From contig NC_087252.1 of NCBI RefSeq assembly GCF_037042905.1, positions 4,404,001 through 4,468,000 of the forward strand: a stretch of DNA of 64,000 bases. Reading direction: 5' to 3'. The DNA comes from Lytechinus pictus. Taxonomy: Eukaryota. The position numbers and the translations under genes were made by a program. The notes beneath the pieces are model-generated. The model made no database searches. It worked only from the letters and a program-made list of their open reading frames with translations, and was not told the DNA's origin. Below, piece after piece: positions 11,803 through 23,431 of this stretch. How positions within the stretch are numbered: the first letter of the stretch is position 1; every line of letters begins with the position of its first letter.

Positions 11803-12813
11803 GTCTGACGTAGTTTACGTCACATTTATTACCATAATTGTTTGAAAGTCGTATCATTGGGATGCACATATAGCAGACGGGTATATTTTCCATACAAGCG
11901 CTTGTTCGAACATGTAGGCCTTATGGAAAGTACTACCCTTTTGCCAAATGTATTACAAACTAAAGGCATATCTTAAAATACCTTCTACGGAGAATGGATA
12001 GATTCTACCTTTAACAGTTTAAAGGGGGTATATTACTTATAATAATTTAATTAAAGTGTCCCCATTAATTCCATATATTCCTTCAAAAAGAATGGAAGGC
12101 AATAAGTGTACATAGTCTGGACTTAAAAGAGAGAACCAAGATCAGTTCCTTTCTGTTGTTAGTTTCTTTGATTTTCTTCTCTTGTTCGTTCACTGTATGT
12201 TATGTTAATTCTTGGTTGATCATTGTAATTCTTTGTATCGATGTGTTATCCTATTTTCATTTCTGTAAAATGGCAGGACGCCTTGGTCGAGCAGTTGGCA
12301 CTTAAAGGGCTAACCTGTTAATATAAAACGACAAAAGAATGAATATAAAATAGGACACGCACATAAGTAAACGCGAAACGAGGGACGTCAAAGACGACAC
12401 CATTTAGCTGTGTAAAATTAGTTATCACTAATAAGGTACCCTGATATTTCCCATTTCCCTTTTTGAGACATTATAGGCCATTTTAGGCAGAGTAAGTTTA
12501 ATTTTTTCGTAAATTATATTTTACCATACCAATTGGATCCATTTCCAGAGCCACCCCTCAAAAATTCAGAAACGCAGGATCCACTCCTGATAGCCCCTTG
12601 AGTATGAGTCCATGCAAAAAAAGGTAGAAATTGAAAAAAGGGTGTCTTTAATCACCTTTGAGCGATCCGGAAACAAGTACCTGATATTTCGGTAAAACAG
12701 AACGTTTTTTACCAAACAGGCCGGCGCTAAGGGGGGATTTATTTGAATTTAGATATATACATATATATATGTATATTTAAGTATAGCATATTTATTATGT
12801 CATTTAAATGCAG

Positions 12814-13023
12814 ATTATAGAAGTCAGCGTAGATGTTTCTGACTGGACGACACGTATTTTTAAGAAATTATGGGGAAATTTTGCTAATTGCTCCAGACTC
12901 AGTCATCTGAAAATGTCATTCCACACCCCTCCAACAATTCCAAACGATGAGGAAAAACTTTACACTGTCAAAAGATTTACCATAAGCCTACCAATTCAAC
13001 CATCGGGGATGAAACCTATGAAG
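12814..13023 (+). CDS. NLR-like gene, post-NACHT exon with LRR-like segment (IIEVSVD...NCSRLSHLKMSF...KPMK)
   Basis: tgcag acceptor and aag|gtaaaa donor; 210 nt, phase 0-0, open; LxxLxM pattern. Confidence 0.8.
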
Positions 13024-13193
13024 GTAAAATCGTAGATTAGTATTACTATGTAATCATTTTACGTTCAATTCAATTTTAAATTCAATCTATTTCCACTTTA
13101 AAATGTATACGGGCACCCTACATGAGATACGACGCCGGAAGGATAACCCCTAAGAGCTTTCATTTAAGCTACGCCTACCATTATTCTCTAACA

Positions 13194-13209
13194 ATATATA
13201 TATATATAC

Positions 13210-13292
<83 letters not shown>

Positions 13293-13460
13293 CTTTATTT
13301 ACTTTGTTATTATTACGATTCTATTTGTATGGTTTTGTTCTATTTTGTTTGTTACAATATTATAGGCCTGATGAAGGCCCTACTGGCCGAAAGCTAGCAT
13401 TAAATGAGATACCTTGACAGCTACATGTACGTCTAGCGTCTATGCCTGGGTTGTTTTACG

Positions 13461-13517
<57 letters not shown>
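13194..13517. repeat. (TA)n microsatellite interrupted by an insertion of about 170 bp
   Basis: TA runs at 13194-13290 and 13464-13517 flank sequence containing a hammerhead motif. Confidence 0.9.
13364..13399 (+). ncRNA. Minimal type I hammerhead ribozyme motif
   Basis: GC-CUGAUGA-A-GGCC(cuacu)GGCC-GAAA-GC-UA-GC: intact core, 4 bp stem II, palindromic AGCU stem III, short stem I. Confidence 0.75.
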
Positions 13518-13519
<2 letters not shown>

Positions 13520-13621
13520 CACATGTTTAATTTTTCACACTTTATACATAGATATATGTGTGCGTTTGTGTGGGTGGTGAATACACATGAGTTATAACTT
13601 ATCTCTCCCTCCCATTTTCAG

Positions 13622-13780
13622 AGTCATTCTTTCAAGCGAAGGATAAAGACCCCAAGTTCCCGGCGTTCTAGTTCCCCTCAGCCTCAGGACCTGGATCCGT
13701 CGCTGCTTGAAGACCTATTCGATATGATCGAGGAATCTCCACCAGCGAAGGCAAAAAACAAAGAAGAGGAAGAAGAAAGG
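13622..13780 (+). CDS. NLR-like gene, low-complexity linker exon (SHSFKRRIKTPSSRRSSSPQPQDLDPSLLEDLFDMIEESPPAKAKNKEEEEER)
   Basis: Strong pyrimidine tract plus ttttcag acceptor and agg|gtattt donor; 159 nt, phase 0-0, open. Confidence 0.75.
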
Positions 13781-13936
13781 GTATTTCCCCTTAGGTTTCC
13801 CAATATTTGTGCAATATTTACGTGTAAATGTTGCTTTCTTTCAAAATGATGTTTATTTTGTGTGGCCAATAATTTCATAGCAGTGTGTATATAGGTAACA
13901 AAACCAGCCGGTCAGATTATGGTGTGTTCTGATTCG

Positions 13937-14190
13937 GTGTGTTGGCTCAGTTGGTAGAGCGTCCGTCTCACAACCGGAAGGTCGAGAGTTCGAACCCCGG
14001 CCCCGTCAGACCAAAACTCCCACGGAAAAAGATGGGAGTTGCTGCTATTTTTCACTGTTTGACGTTCAACGATTAAAGGGATGGAGCCTGGTCGATCTGG
14101 CGCTGCACAGCGGCGGACGGGCACACGATCAATCGGGCAAAGCAAATTTTCGGAGTATTTCATTTCATGTCTATTTCGAACAAGAAAATA
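13937..14190 (+). mobile_element. tRNA-derived SINE
   Basis: A box tggctcagttggtagagc and B box gttcgaaccc followed by a non-tRNA body; no complete acceptor stem. Confidence 0.8.
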
Positions 14191-14864
14191 TGGATTTTCA
14201 TTTTTTATGCCCGAACATGGTATAAATGAGTCGTGGAGAAAGATCAAATATGGGGAAAAGGGAAGGGCTGAAGTTTGAATGAAATTGGACTTTCATCTTT
14301 TTTCTCGTCCACCCGAGATGTAGACGACTAACTTGACTAGAAAACAAATCCGTCACAAATATTAAAACATACTTGTATACAGGTACATGCAGGATTTTCT
14401 TGTTACACATATCATTGGTAAGTGTTACTGCAATAGTAACTACACTGGGATCATAAAAACATGCACTTGGGATACATTGGTGCATTAGGTTGCGAATAAG
14501 TAAGGTCAAAGGCCATTTCCGGTCAAACGTTGAGGTGTACTTGCAGATAATCTTTTCATGCTTTTCAAATTCCAGGTTATAATTATGTTAAATCACAACT
14601 ACATAGGAAGTTGGAAAAGGAGTAGCATTTCATGGATTCAAATTGACAGATATTTACACATCAATAATAATACACCAATCAAAATCATTAGATGTGTAAT
14701 AACTTTACCCTTTTAATGAGAACGTGGATACAAATTTCAGTATAAGCATGCTTAGTATACAGGCGAAAGAAAAGTTAGATTCAACCCTGACCTGCTAGTC
14801 ATTGAGTCAAGATTCTTTCTAAACTACTTGTTTTTCTTGTTAATAGTTGTTACTTTTTTTTCTT

Positions 14865-15150
14865 GGGGCGCCGTGGTCTAGTGGTTACGACTCTTGTCTT
14901 TCAATCAGTGGGCCATGGGTGCGAATCAAAGCCATGGCGTGTTTTCCTTCAGCAAGAAATTTACCCACATTGTGCTGCACTCGACCCAGGTGAGAATGGG
15001 TACCCGGCAGGAAATTCCTCGAATGCTCAAGCGCCCAATCGAGGTAGCCGTGCTAAAGCCGGGGTAATAATAACATTATCATGTTAAGCAGGGCCAGCTG
15101 GGAGAACAGTTTTCAGAACTAAAGTTGTTACCCTGGGTAAAATATGACGT
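14865..15150 (+). mobile_element. tRNA-derived SINE (MetaSINE-like)
   Basis: gtggtctagtggtta A box, degenerate B box, core cactcgacccaggtgagaatgggtacccggcag. Further degenerate copies near 31915-32400 and 40440-40570. Confidence 0.75.
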
Positions 15151-15200
15151 TGTTATCATTAACTTCTGTACAATAATAATGTTGTTCTAATTCACTTAAG

Positions 15201-15464
15201 GCGGCCTTCAATTGTCGCACGCCAGACGTACCCACACTGGAGGACATATCGCAAGTAGTTGACAGAATGTCGACATACATCTCACGTTTCGCATCGCACG
15301 TTCATAGAGGGAGTTCCCAGCGCAACAACTTTAGGAGCTTGCCTTCTGGCCCGGTTGCTGGCAAACCTGTAAAGAGGTTTAGTACGAAAGTGGCATCGTC
15401 TGATATTGTTCTACAACTTTTATCCAAGTTGCCTAACCTCGAGGAACTCGTCATACTTCCAGAG
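15201..15464 (+). CDS. NLR-like gene, exon ending in an LRR-like motif (AAFNCRTPDV...LLSKLPNLEELVILPE)
   Basis: ttcacttaag acceptor and gag|gtagaa donor; 264 nt, phase 0-0; in frame with ORF 15267-15491; LPNLEEL motif. Confidence 0.8.
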
Positions 15465-15766
15465 GTAGAAATAAGTTTTCCTTTTGCTTAATTTCAACCG
15501 TTTGGTTACTCTTTTTCTTGCAATCGTTTGTGTTTCTTGAGTATGAGGATGATTGGTGGTGTTGGTGTGTGTGTGTGTATGTGTATGTGAGTGAACAGAT
15601 AGAGGTGAATGTGTATGCATGTGTGGTGCGTGTGCATGTTGGTGTTTCTGTTTGAGTGCGTGTCAGTCTCCATGTCTGTGAAGGGGTTGAGTTTAAAGGA
15701 TAGGATCATCAGTAGCTGCTTTTGAAAGAAAATCTGCTGTCTTGTATACACTAAAAAAAAGTTTAA

Positions 15767-16343
15767 AGGATAAGTCCACCCCAACAAAAAGTTGATTTGA
15801 AAAAAGGAAAAAAAGCCAACAAACAAAACACTGATTTTTTTTATCAAAATCGGATGTAAAATAAGAAAGTTATGACATTTTAAAGTTTTGCTTAATATCA
15901 CAAAATAGTTATGTGCACATCCTGGTCGATATGAAAATGAGGAGACTGATGACGTCATCCATTCACTATTTCTTTTGTATTTATATGAAATATTCTGATT
16001 TCTGATAAGGGGAACAACGATTAATTCCTACCTGGAATAAGCATTGTTTAATAATATGATGGTTCAGTCAAGTTCGTCCTAAATGTCAAATCTGTAAAAA
16101 ATGAAAAATGTTATTATTCAAACAATAAAAAAACAAAATCAATAGTGAGTGAGGGACATCATCGACTGTCTCATTTGCATGTCACTGATCTGTGCATATA
16201 ACTGTTTTGTGAAAAATATTAAAGCGAAACTTAAAAATGTCATAAATTTCTTTACATCTGATTTTGATGAAATATTCAGCATTATGCTTGTTTGATTTTC
16301 TCTATTTATTCAAATCAACATTTTTATGAGGTGAACTTGACCT
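15767..16343. mobile_element. TTAA-flanked MITE family B
   Basis: TTAA|aggataagtccacccc ... gtgaacttgacct|TTAG; subterminal inverted repeats; homologue at 41733-42297. Confidence 0.8.
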
Positions 16344-16674
16344 TTAGGTTTTTACTGAATTAGCCTATGTTTTTTTAAATCTGCACTAAAGCAAATAAAT
16401 TACCGAGTTTTACTTACTATATATTGTATTTCATTATGTAATATTTTATTGAATTTACAGAAAAAGAAAGGCAATTAAGAATGGTGATTCAGAAGAAGAG
16501 AGGCAATTAAGAATGGTGATTCAGAAGGAAAAATTAATCAAAATTAAAAGCAAAAATTATAAAATGTACATTATTTACAGGTTTTCTGATAACAAGTGAA
16601 GATTCTGTTGTGTAAATCGTGTTTTTAGGGTGAATTGTTCAGATACAGAAATTAGACAAAAATGTAGGGCATAG

Positions 16675-19656
16675 CCCCCTTCTGATCCCGAGCCCTTCTA
16701 CAAGAAAAGCACATGGATTCCACCCAAGAATAGAGTTCCTTCCCTTGAAACTTACATCCAATCTGTCTCATCCTAAGTTCGCTCCACAGATACCCTCGAC
16801 ACCAGAGCACATGACAACCTTCCTCGAGAAGAACGCCAGGCTCTCTCATCACTCAAAAACAGGTCCGACATCATCATCAAGCCTGCAGACAAAGGATCAG
16901 CCGTCGTTGTTATGGACCGCCAGCAGTACATCGATGAAGCCATGAAACATCTCAATAATCGATCTCACTATGCACTCCTCGATTCTGACCCTACTTGTAA
17001 TTTCTCCCTACAGATCCAATTAACACTGAATGACATGAAAGAACACCAGCATCTCTCCGAGAAGGCCCACAAATTTCTCTCCCCTACTAACACTAAACCT
17101 GCCCGCTTCTATCTCCTCCCGAAGATCCACAAACCTGGCAACCCCGGTCGACCCATCCTCTCAGGAAATGGTTCCTCAACAGAGAACATCTCCCTTTTTG
17201 TTAATTACCACATTAAGCCCCTTGTCTCACGTGCACCCTCTTACATCCACGACACTCCAGACTTTCTCAGGAAACTAAATGACATCAAGGACCAGATACC
17301 CGAGACTGCGATCATCGACACTTTCGATGTTTCTTCACTGTACACCAGCATTCCCCACGACGAAGGTATCCAAGCATCATGTGAAGCCTTGGCCGCCAGT
17401 GGCCATTCCAGTCCCCCATATCCGATATCAAATCTCTGATGTCTCATGTACTAACAAAAAACAACTTCACATTCATGGGCAAGCACTACCTACAGATATT
17501 CGGTACAGCAATGGGCACCCGGATGGCTCCTTCATTCGCCTGTCTCTTCATGACCAAGCTGGAACAGCAGATGTTAGATTCAGCCCCCTGTCGCCCATGG
17601 GTTTGGTGGCGTTACATAGACGACATTTTCTTCATCTGGACCAGGGATGAAGATAGCCTCCATACATTCATTGACCACATCAATTCCTTCCACAGGACCA
17701 TCAAATTCTCTTCTGATTTCTCCCAACAGGAAACCCACTTCCTTGATGTCACAGTCCAGAAAAAGTCTAACGGTATCACCACTACCCTATACTCTAAACC
17801 CACAGATACCCACCAGTACCTCCACTCATCCAGCTGCCACCCCCGTCACTGCAAAACCGGCATCGCTTACAGCAAGCCCTCAGACTTCGCCGTATCTGCT
17901 CCGAGGACCCTGATTTTTCCTTCCATGCCAGGAATTTGCAGAAACATCTCTGTGCCAGGGGCCACGGGGCCAGGGCAGTCCAACTGGCAATTAACAAAGT
18001 TCGTTCTCTCCCCAGATCTGAAGTTCTCAAACCAAAAAGTGACAAGGAGACTACCGACAGAATACCGCTTGTGACCACCTTCCATCCCAATCTACCCCCC
18101 CCCCCCTCCGCAAAATCCTGTGTGATAACCACCACATTTTACACACTTCTGATCGTCTCCAACAGGCCGTTCCCGATACTCCCCTTCTAGCATACCGACG
18201 CCCACCGAATCTCAGGGACCTCATTGTTCGTGCTGAAGTGCCCTCCCTCACTAACCATTCTTCTCCCATACAGCATGGCACCTTCAAATGCACCAGCAAC
18301 AGGTGCATCATATGTGAAATACACTTTCACGAGGGCGACACTTTCACCAGCAACTCTACCAGCCTGTCTCACCAAATCAAGGGCAACATAACATGCACTA
18401 CCACTAATGTTGTATATCTCATCACTTGCAGAGTTTGTAGGGTACAATACATAGGGGAAACCAAGACCACACTCAAGAGACGATTCTACGGGGACAGATC
18501 CACCGTCAACACAGCAAAGCTGGACACTCCGGTTGGCCGCCATTTTAACCTCCCCAACCACTCCATCACTGACATGATGCTACAGGGCATCGAATCTTCA
18601 GGTACCCGTCCTGACTCAGTCCGTACTAGCAGAGAGAAGCTCTGGATGAGACGACTTCGCACCACCCAACCTCATGGCCTGAACATCCAAGAGGGGAACG
18701 ACTGATTTTTCTTTCCTATCCACTTTCAATTTATATATACATATTATTTTTCCCCTCAGCTATTTTGAATAGTTACATTATAGTTTCTTCCTCTACTTTC
18801 CTCCCATATCTCATACAAGCTCAGCTCTAATTTTTTCCTTCCTTATTCAGGCGATATAACAATTATTGTATATATTTTTTTTTTCTCCACTCACCTCTTT
18901 TAGATTTACCACATTTGCTTATTTACATGTATACTATGGTTTCTTCATAATACACCCCCTCTCTTCTATATTTGCTTTTACCTTTTAGGGCAATTTGCTT
19001 CCTCTTTTTCACATATACAGGTGTTTTTTTTTTCCTACTGTATAGTCCTATGTTTTCTTCCCGTCACACCTAGCGGATTACAATATCAGTTACACCATAT
19101 GTGTATTCAAATTTTTTCATATACATTTCTTTTTTGGATATATTTATATACATATCACTTATAGATACATATTTACACTTACCTTCTTCTCTTAGTTTGT
19201 TTAATGCTTTATCATATATACTTATATGTCTTTTGCACATTATCAGTTGTTCCCCATTCTTTTCCTTTTTTTCCCCCACTCTTATGCACCAGTTCATTAT
19301 GCCTTTCTTTGTAACCTGTTTGACCCACCTCTCACTAATTCTCTAGTTATTCACCCCTCTATCACTGTTTTGTTCCAGATCCTGTTTGATGTTGCCTGCC
19401 TCATTATCTTAATCCCTCTTGGCCTTACTTACACTAACTTCCCTTTGTGTCTGCCTACTCCTTTTCTTTCATCCCCTTCACTAACCTGATTGGTCTTCTC
19501 TACTCACTAATGCCCCTTTTGTCTCCTTGTTTCTAGTGTTGCTGTAGCTTGTTTGTGGTCTATATTATGGTTGTTCCACTTTATATGTTTGTCATTTTGC
19601 CTCCGACGAAGATTCTGCTAGGATCGAAAGCTTAGGCCCCTTTTTGACTTTCTACT
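16675..19656 (+). mobile_element. Penelope-like retroelement (Neptune-type), 5'-truncated, frameshifted RT plus GIY-YIG endonuclease, in an NLR intron
   Basis: ORFs 16912-17439 and 17439-18074 carry PLE RT motifs (FYLLPKIHKPGNPGRPI, FDVSSLYTSIP, GTAMGTRMAPSFA, WWRYIDDIF). ORF 18238-18705 has a Cys linker (CTSNRCIIC) and GIY-YIG motif (NVVYLITC...QYIGET, PHGLN). The 3' tail ends in a hammerhead-type motif. The 5' boundary is approximate. Confidence 0.93.
19599..19637 (+). ncRNA. Minimal type I hammerhead-like motif (U4C core variant) at the Penelope 3' end
   Basis: GCCU-CCGACGA-A-GAUUCU(gcu)AGGAUC-GAAA-GC-UU-AGGC: stem I GCCU/AGGC, 6 bp stem II, AAGCUU palindrome. Confidence 0.65.
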
Positions 19657-20020
19657 GCATAATAAAAATCTCTTTTTTGGTGAATTACAAGTCTGTCTCT
19701 TTCATTGATGGCATATTCAATTTGGCTTCTGTACTCTAACTGGAATTCTGAAATGCAAGCCTGGTCAAAATTTTAAATGAAGATTCATCATGGTTTTATG
19801 AACAGAACTATTGTATTTTACCATGAAATGTTAAAATTATGTTCATGCCACTGAAAAGGTGCAGTGATTTATTTAGATTTCTTATGTTTTTTTCTTTAAT
19901 TATTCATTTATTTGTTTTTCTTTCGGTTTCCCCCTCCCCTTTTCTTTTTCATTCTCCTCCTCTCATTCTCACCTTATATCTTCCCTTTTCTGCTCTCCTC
20001 CCCCAATGTTGCAAGCCCAG

Positions 20021-20525
20021 GACTGGTCATTTGAGGATACGAAGACAGAAAAATCGGCCAAAATCTTCATGAGGTTTTGGAATCGGCTTTCCTTACACCC
20101 CAAGCTATCAATCCTGGAATTGAACTTGACGGGATGCAAGCGCTTACAAATATAAGGACATTCCGTACGATCGTTGATGACAACCCTCAGGCCTTCGCAG
20201 ACATATTTCCATACTTACCAGAACTCGAAGAACTGAGTGTCACCGTTAAGAGATCACTAGACAATGTGTTATCAGCACTTGCGTTTGGTGTGCCACTGAA
20301 TAGACGACACCTAAAACGTATTAACATTACTTACAATGCTGCAAACCACCATTTGAAGGGAACCATTTCACTTAACACCATTCGACAACTCACAAGCGGA
20401 CTCCGGGCCAGCTGGGCCATCCAGGAACTGCGTATTCGGACTGTAGAAGGCTTCTTATTTGCAGAATCTCATTTAGTGAAACTGGTGAAGTCGGCGAAGT
20501 CCATTCGATCCTTGGAACATTTAGG
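20021..20525 (+). CDS. NLR-like gene, LRR-like exon (YLPELEELSV, HLKRINI, AIQELRI, SIRSLEHLG) with an apparent frame discontinuity near its 5' end
   Basis: Long pyrimidine tract (about 19920-20003) then cccag acceptor. ORF 20077-20529 carries four LxxLxL-like motifs and ends at a gg|gtaagc phase-2 donor. The phase-0 frame from 20021 stops at 20153, so the 5' boundary is uncertain. Confidence 0.7.
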
Positions 20526-20674
20526 GTAAGCGTGGAAATTGTCACATCTATTTATCATGGATATTCAGAATATGCAATGTATATACATCCTATCATTTAA
20601 ATAAAAACACATCCATATGTTAACAGATAAATACCTAACATTTTAATTAAGTAGTAGTAGAGTAGAAAGTGGTA

Positions 20675-20728
<54 letters not shown>

Positions 20729-20989
20729 TTGTCCACGTTCTGTCTTAAGTGCTGATCACTCTTGTATTATAGGACTGCATGATGAACCAAATTCCATTTT
20801 CCTCGGCAATATCAACCAATAATGCTGAAAACCATCTTGCCCTTTTGTTGTTTTGAAAAATGGGGGCGCATCATTTTTATCTATATGGTTCACGATACGG
20901 TTTTAACAATAAAAATAATAATCACAAAAGTATGCATCTTATACTTGAATTTAGTTGTTATTTTGTCTCCATTTTTCGTATTTCCTCAG

Positions 20990-21125
20990 GATTCCCTGCG
21001 CTGTCAATGCTAATGGTGACCTTGATCGATATTTAGCTCCGATTTGCAAAACCCATCTCTTGTCGAAAATGACCGAGGGTAAAAAGAAGAAATTTTTCAT
21101 CAGGCTGACTCTATATCCCAAGACG
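20990..21125 (+). CDS. NLR-like gene, late exon (GIPCAVNANGDLDRYLAPICKTHLLSKMTEGKKKKFFIRLTLYPKT)
   Basis: tttcctcag phase-2 acceptor matches the previous donor; consensus acg|gtgagt donor; open frame. Confidence 0.8.
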
Positions 21126-22096
21126 GTGAGTAATCTAATCTGGTAACGTGAACTAAATTAGTCTTACTTTCCTGTATTCATGGTATTGGGGACTCTTCTT
21201 CTTCTTTTCATTCCTTTTCTCCTCCTCCTCCTCCATCTTCTTCTTCTTCTATACTGTTGACGTATTCTCGGCTATATATATTCTTGGGAAATATACTACA
21301 ATAGACCATGAAAGCCCAATTAATGCTAAAACGTGAAAGTGGTGGTGATGGTGGTATTGGTAGTGGTAGTAAGGATGATGATGATGACGATGAAGGTTGT
21401 GGTAATAATGACGATGATGATGATGCTCCTGCTGCTTCTGCTGATGCTGGCGATGATGATGATGATGATTATGACCATTACGATGATGATAACCATTGCG
21501 ATGATGATGATTATGATATGCGACAATGTCAAAGTGATTTTAGTATTGATATTGGCTTACATTATCATTAGAGATGATGTCACAAGAAAACCAATGGGGT
21601 AATTGTCTTCAGTCTTCTTCATTATTTCGGAATATTTAAACATTGCAAAATACATAACCCTTTTTTAGGAGTAATATGACCATATTTAGACAACTCTTAG
21701 ACCGGGTAACCGTAATTCAAAGAAGAAAATACTAGATTTTTAGCATGATTTCGAGGAAAGCGGATAAAGATATTTCACTTTTTGATACTGTTCCTTGTCA
21801 TTAAAAGGCATACTAGAATACATATTGCGATTATATGGCCTGCATCGCTAATCAGTATTAACATTAGGGTGTAGTAATTTTTCGATTTTCATTTTACCAA
21901 AACAGACAGAAGATTTATTTTTTGTCTGTAAAACGTATTTTTTTTCCCCCCTTAAATCCAGATATCCAGCTCTCCAGAGAAAACGTGTTTCTTGAGGCGT
22001 CACTAATCTGAAAAGACGTTTCTTTGAATCCATACATCTTAAACGACGAGGATGCAACCCTCATTTGCCTCTCTCCATCTAGGTGGTCTGCCTTGC

Positions 22097-22313
22097 ACTG
22101 CAAAAACTCCGGTGGTGATTTAACACCAGCCTGGAATCTATGTCCACACCAGAGAAGTATTGAAACAACACCAGATTTGTATCAGACCGATGCTGTTTTG
22201 ATACTAATTATACACTCATATCTGGTGTTAGACCAAAACGAAACTGGTGTTGTTCAACCCTTGTCTGGTGTGGACATAATATAGATTCCAGGCTGGTGTT
22301 AATTTTTTGCAGT
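22097..22313. mobile_element. MITE with CACTG...CAGTG termini
   Basis: cactgcaaaaa...ttaacaccagcctggaatctatgtccacaccaga and its inverted counterpart tgtggacat...tagattccaggctggtgttaattttttgcagtg. Confidence 0.75.
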
Positions 22314-22639
22314 GTGTAAATGGACGTCAGTGTGCTTAGATAGGCCTATGTGACCCTGTGAAACAGTGCCTGGTCAGAATACTCCCCAGGGAGTGGAAAT
22401 GTCGCACTTTACGTGTGGAACTGGGAAAGCGATACCAAAGACCATGATAATCATAAGTGCATAACGGCGGCCTTACGGCGAGCCGAAAACAGCCGTTTTA
22501 TTCATTTTTTTTAAACCACCTATATTTAGCTGGTGCAAAATGTGTTAAAATGGCTGTTTTAGACTTGCCGTACGGCCGCCGTAGAGCAAATGTGACCGAG
22601 GTATTACTAATCAGGGGCCGTAGAAATCTTTCAAACGTT

Positions 22640-22708
22640 GTAGTAGTAGTAGTAATAATAGCAGACTAGCAGTAGTTGTAGTAGTATTAGTAGTAGAAGT
22701 AGTAGTAT

Positions 22709-22762
<54 letters not shown>

Positions 22763-22797
22763 AAGTAGTAGTAGTAGTAGTAATAATAGTAGTAGTT

Positions 22798-22850
<53 letters not shown>

Positions 22851-22918
22851 CGTAGTAGTCGCAGTTGTTGTAGTCGTCATAGTCGTTGTAGTCGTCGTAG
22901 TCGTCGTCGTAGTAGTAT

Positions 22919-22957
<39 letters not shown>

Positions 22958-23137
22958 TAGTGGTAGTACTGGTAGTAGTGGTAGTCGTAGTGGTAGTAGT
23001 GGTAGTTGTGGTAGTAGTGGTAGTAGTAGTAGTAGTAGTAGATGTAGTAGTGGTGGTAGTAGTGATGGTAGTAGTAGTATTAGTGGTGGTGGTAGTATAA
23101 AGTTGTTGTCATTGTAGTAGTAGTAGTAGTAGTAGTA

Positions 23138-23217
<80 letters not shown>
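22640..23217. repeat. (TAG)n microsatellite array; shorter one at 20651-20728
   Basis: Directly visible. Confidence 0.97.
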
Positions 23218-23380
23218 CACACACCAACGAAACAGTCTCTAATCGGATTGTATCATCACATCGGGTTGTCGGGTCGGGCAATAAAATAACGCTATTATTA
23301 TTATTATTATTTAGGCATTTTTTAATTATGAAATATATCCGCATGTATGAATATGTCAAAATGCTATGCTTTTTTTACAG

Positions 23381-23431
23381 TTCCCTCTATCAAAATATTT
23401 TTTTCTTTATTTACATTTTTTTATTAGTTGA
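23381..23431 (+). CDS. Possible terminal coding exon of the NLR-like gene (FPLSKYFFLYLHFFIS*)
   Basis: ttttttacag acceptor in phase 0, followed by a stop, AT-rich sequence and AATAAA motifs near 23486 and 23618, upstream of the POLR2H start. The peptide itself gives no independent support. Confidence 0.35.
   Translation, partial: FPLSKYFFLYLHFFIS

Noticed and set aside
13937..14010. tRNA-like sequences here and at 29071 and 33852 as tRNA genes
   Set aside because: A and B boxes are present, but the acceptor stems do not close and each continues into a non-tRNA body; these are SINE heads.
18187..18561. Antisense ORFs over the Penelope copies (also 26823-27098)
   Set aside because: Shadow ORFs of the GIY-YIG coding strand.
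21308..23359. Poly-Asp, poly-Met, poly-Thr and poly-Tyr ORFs (also 49162-49387 and 50882-51559)
   Set aside because: Artefacts of GAT, TAG and AAT trinucleotide microsatellites.
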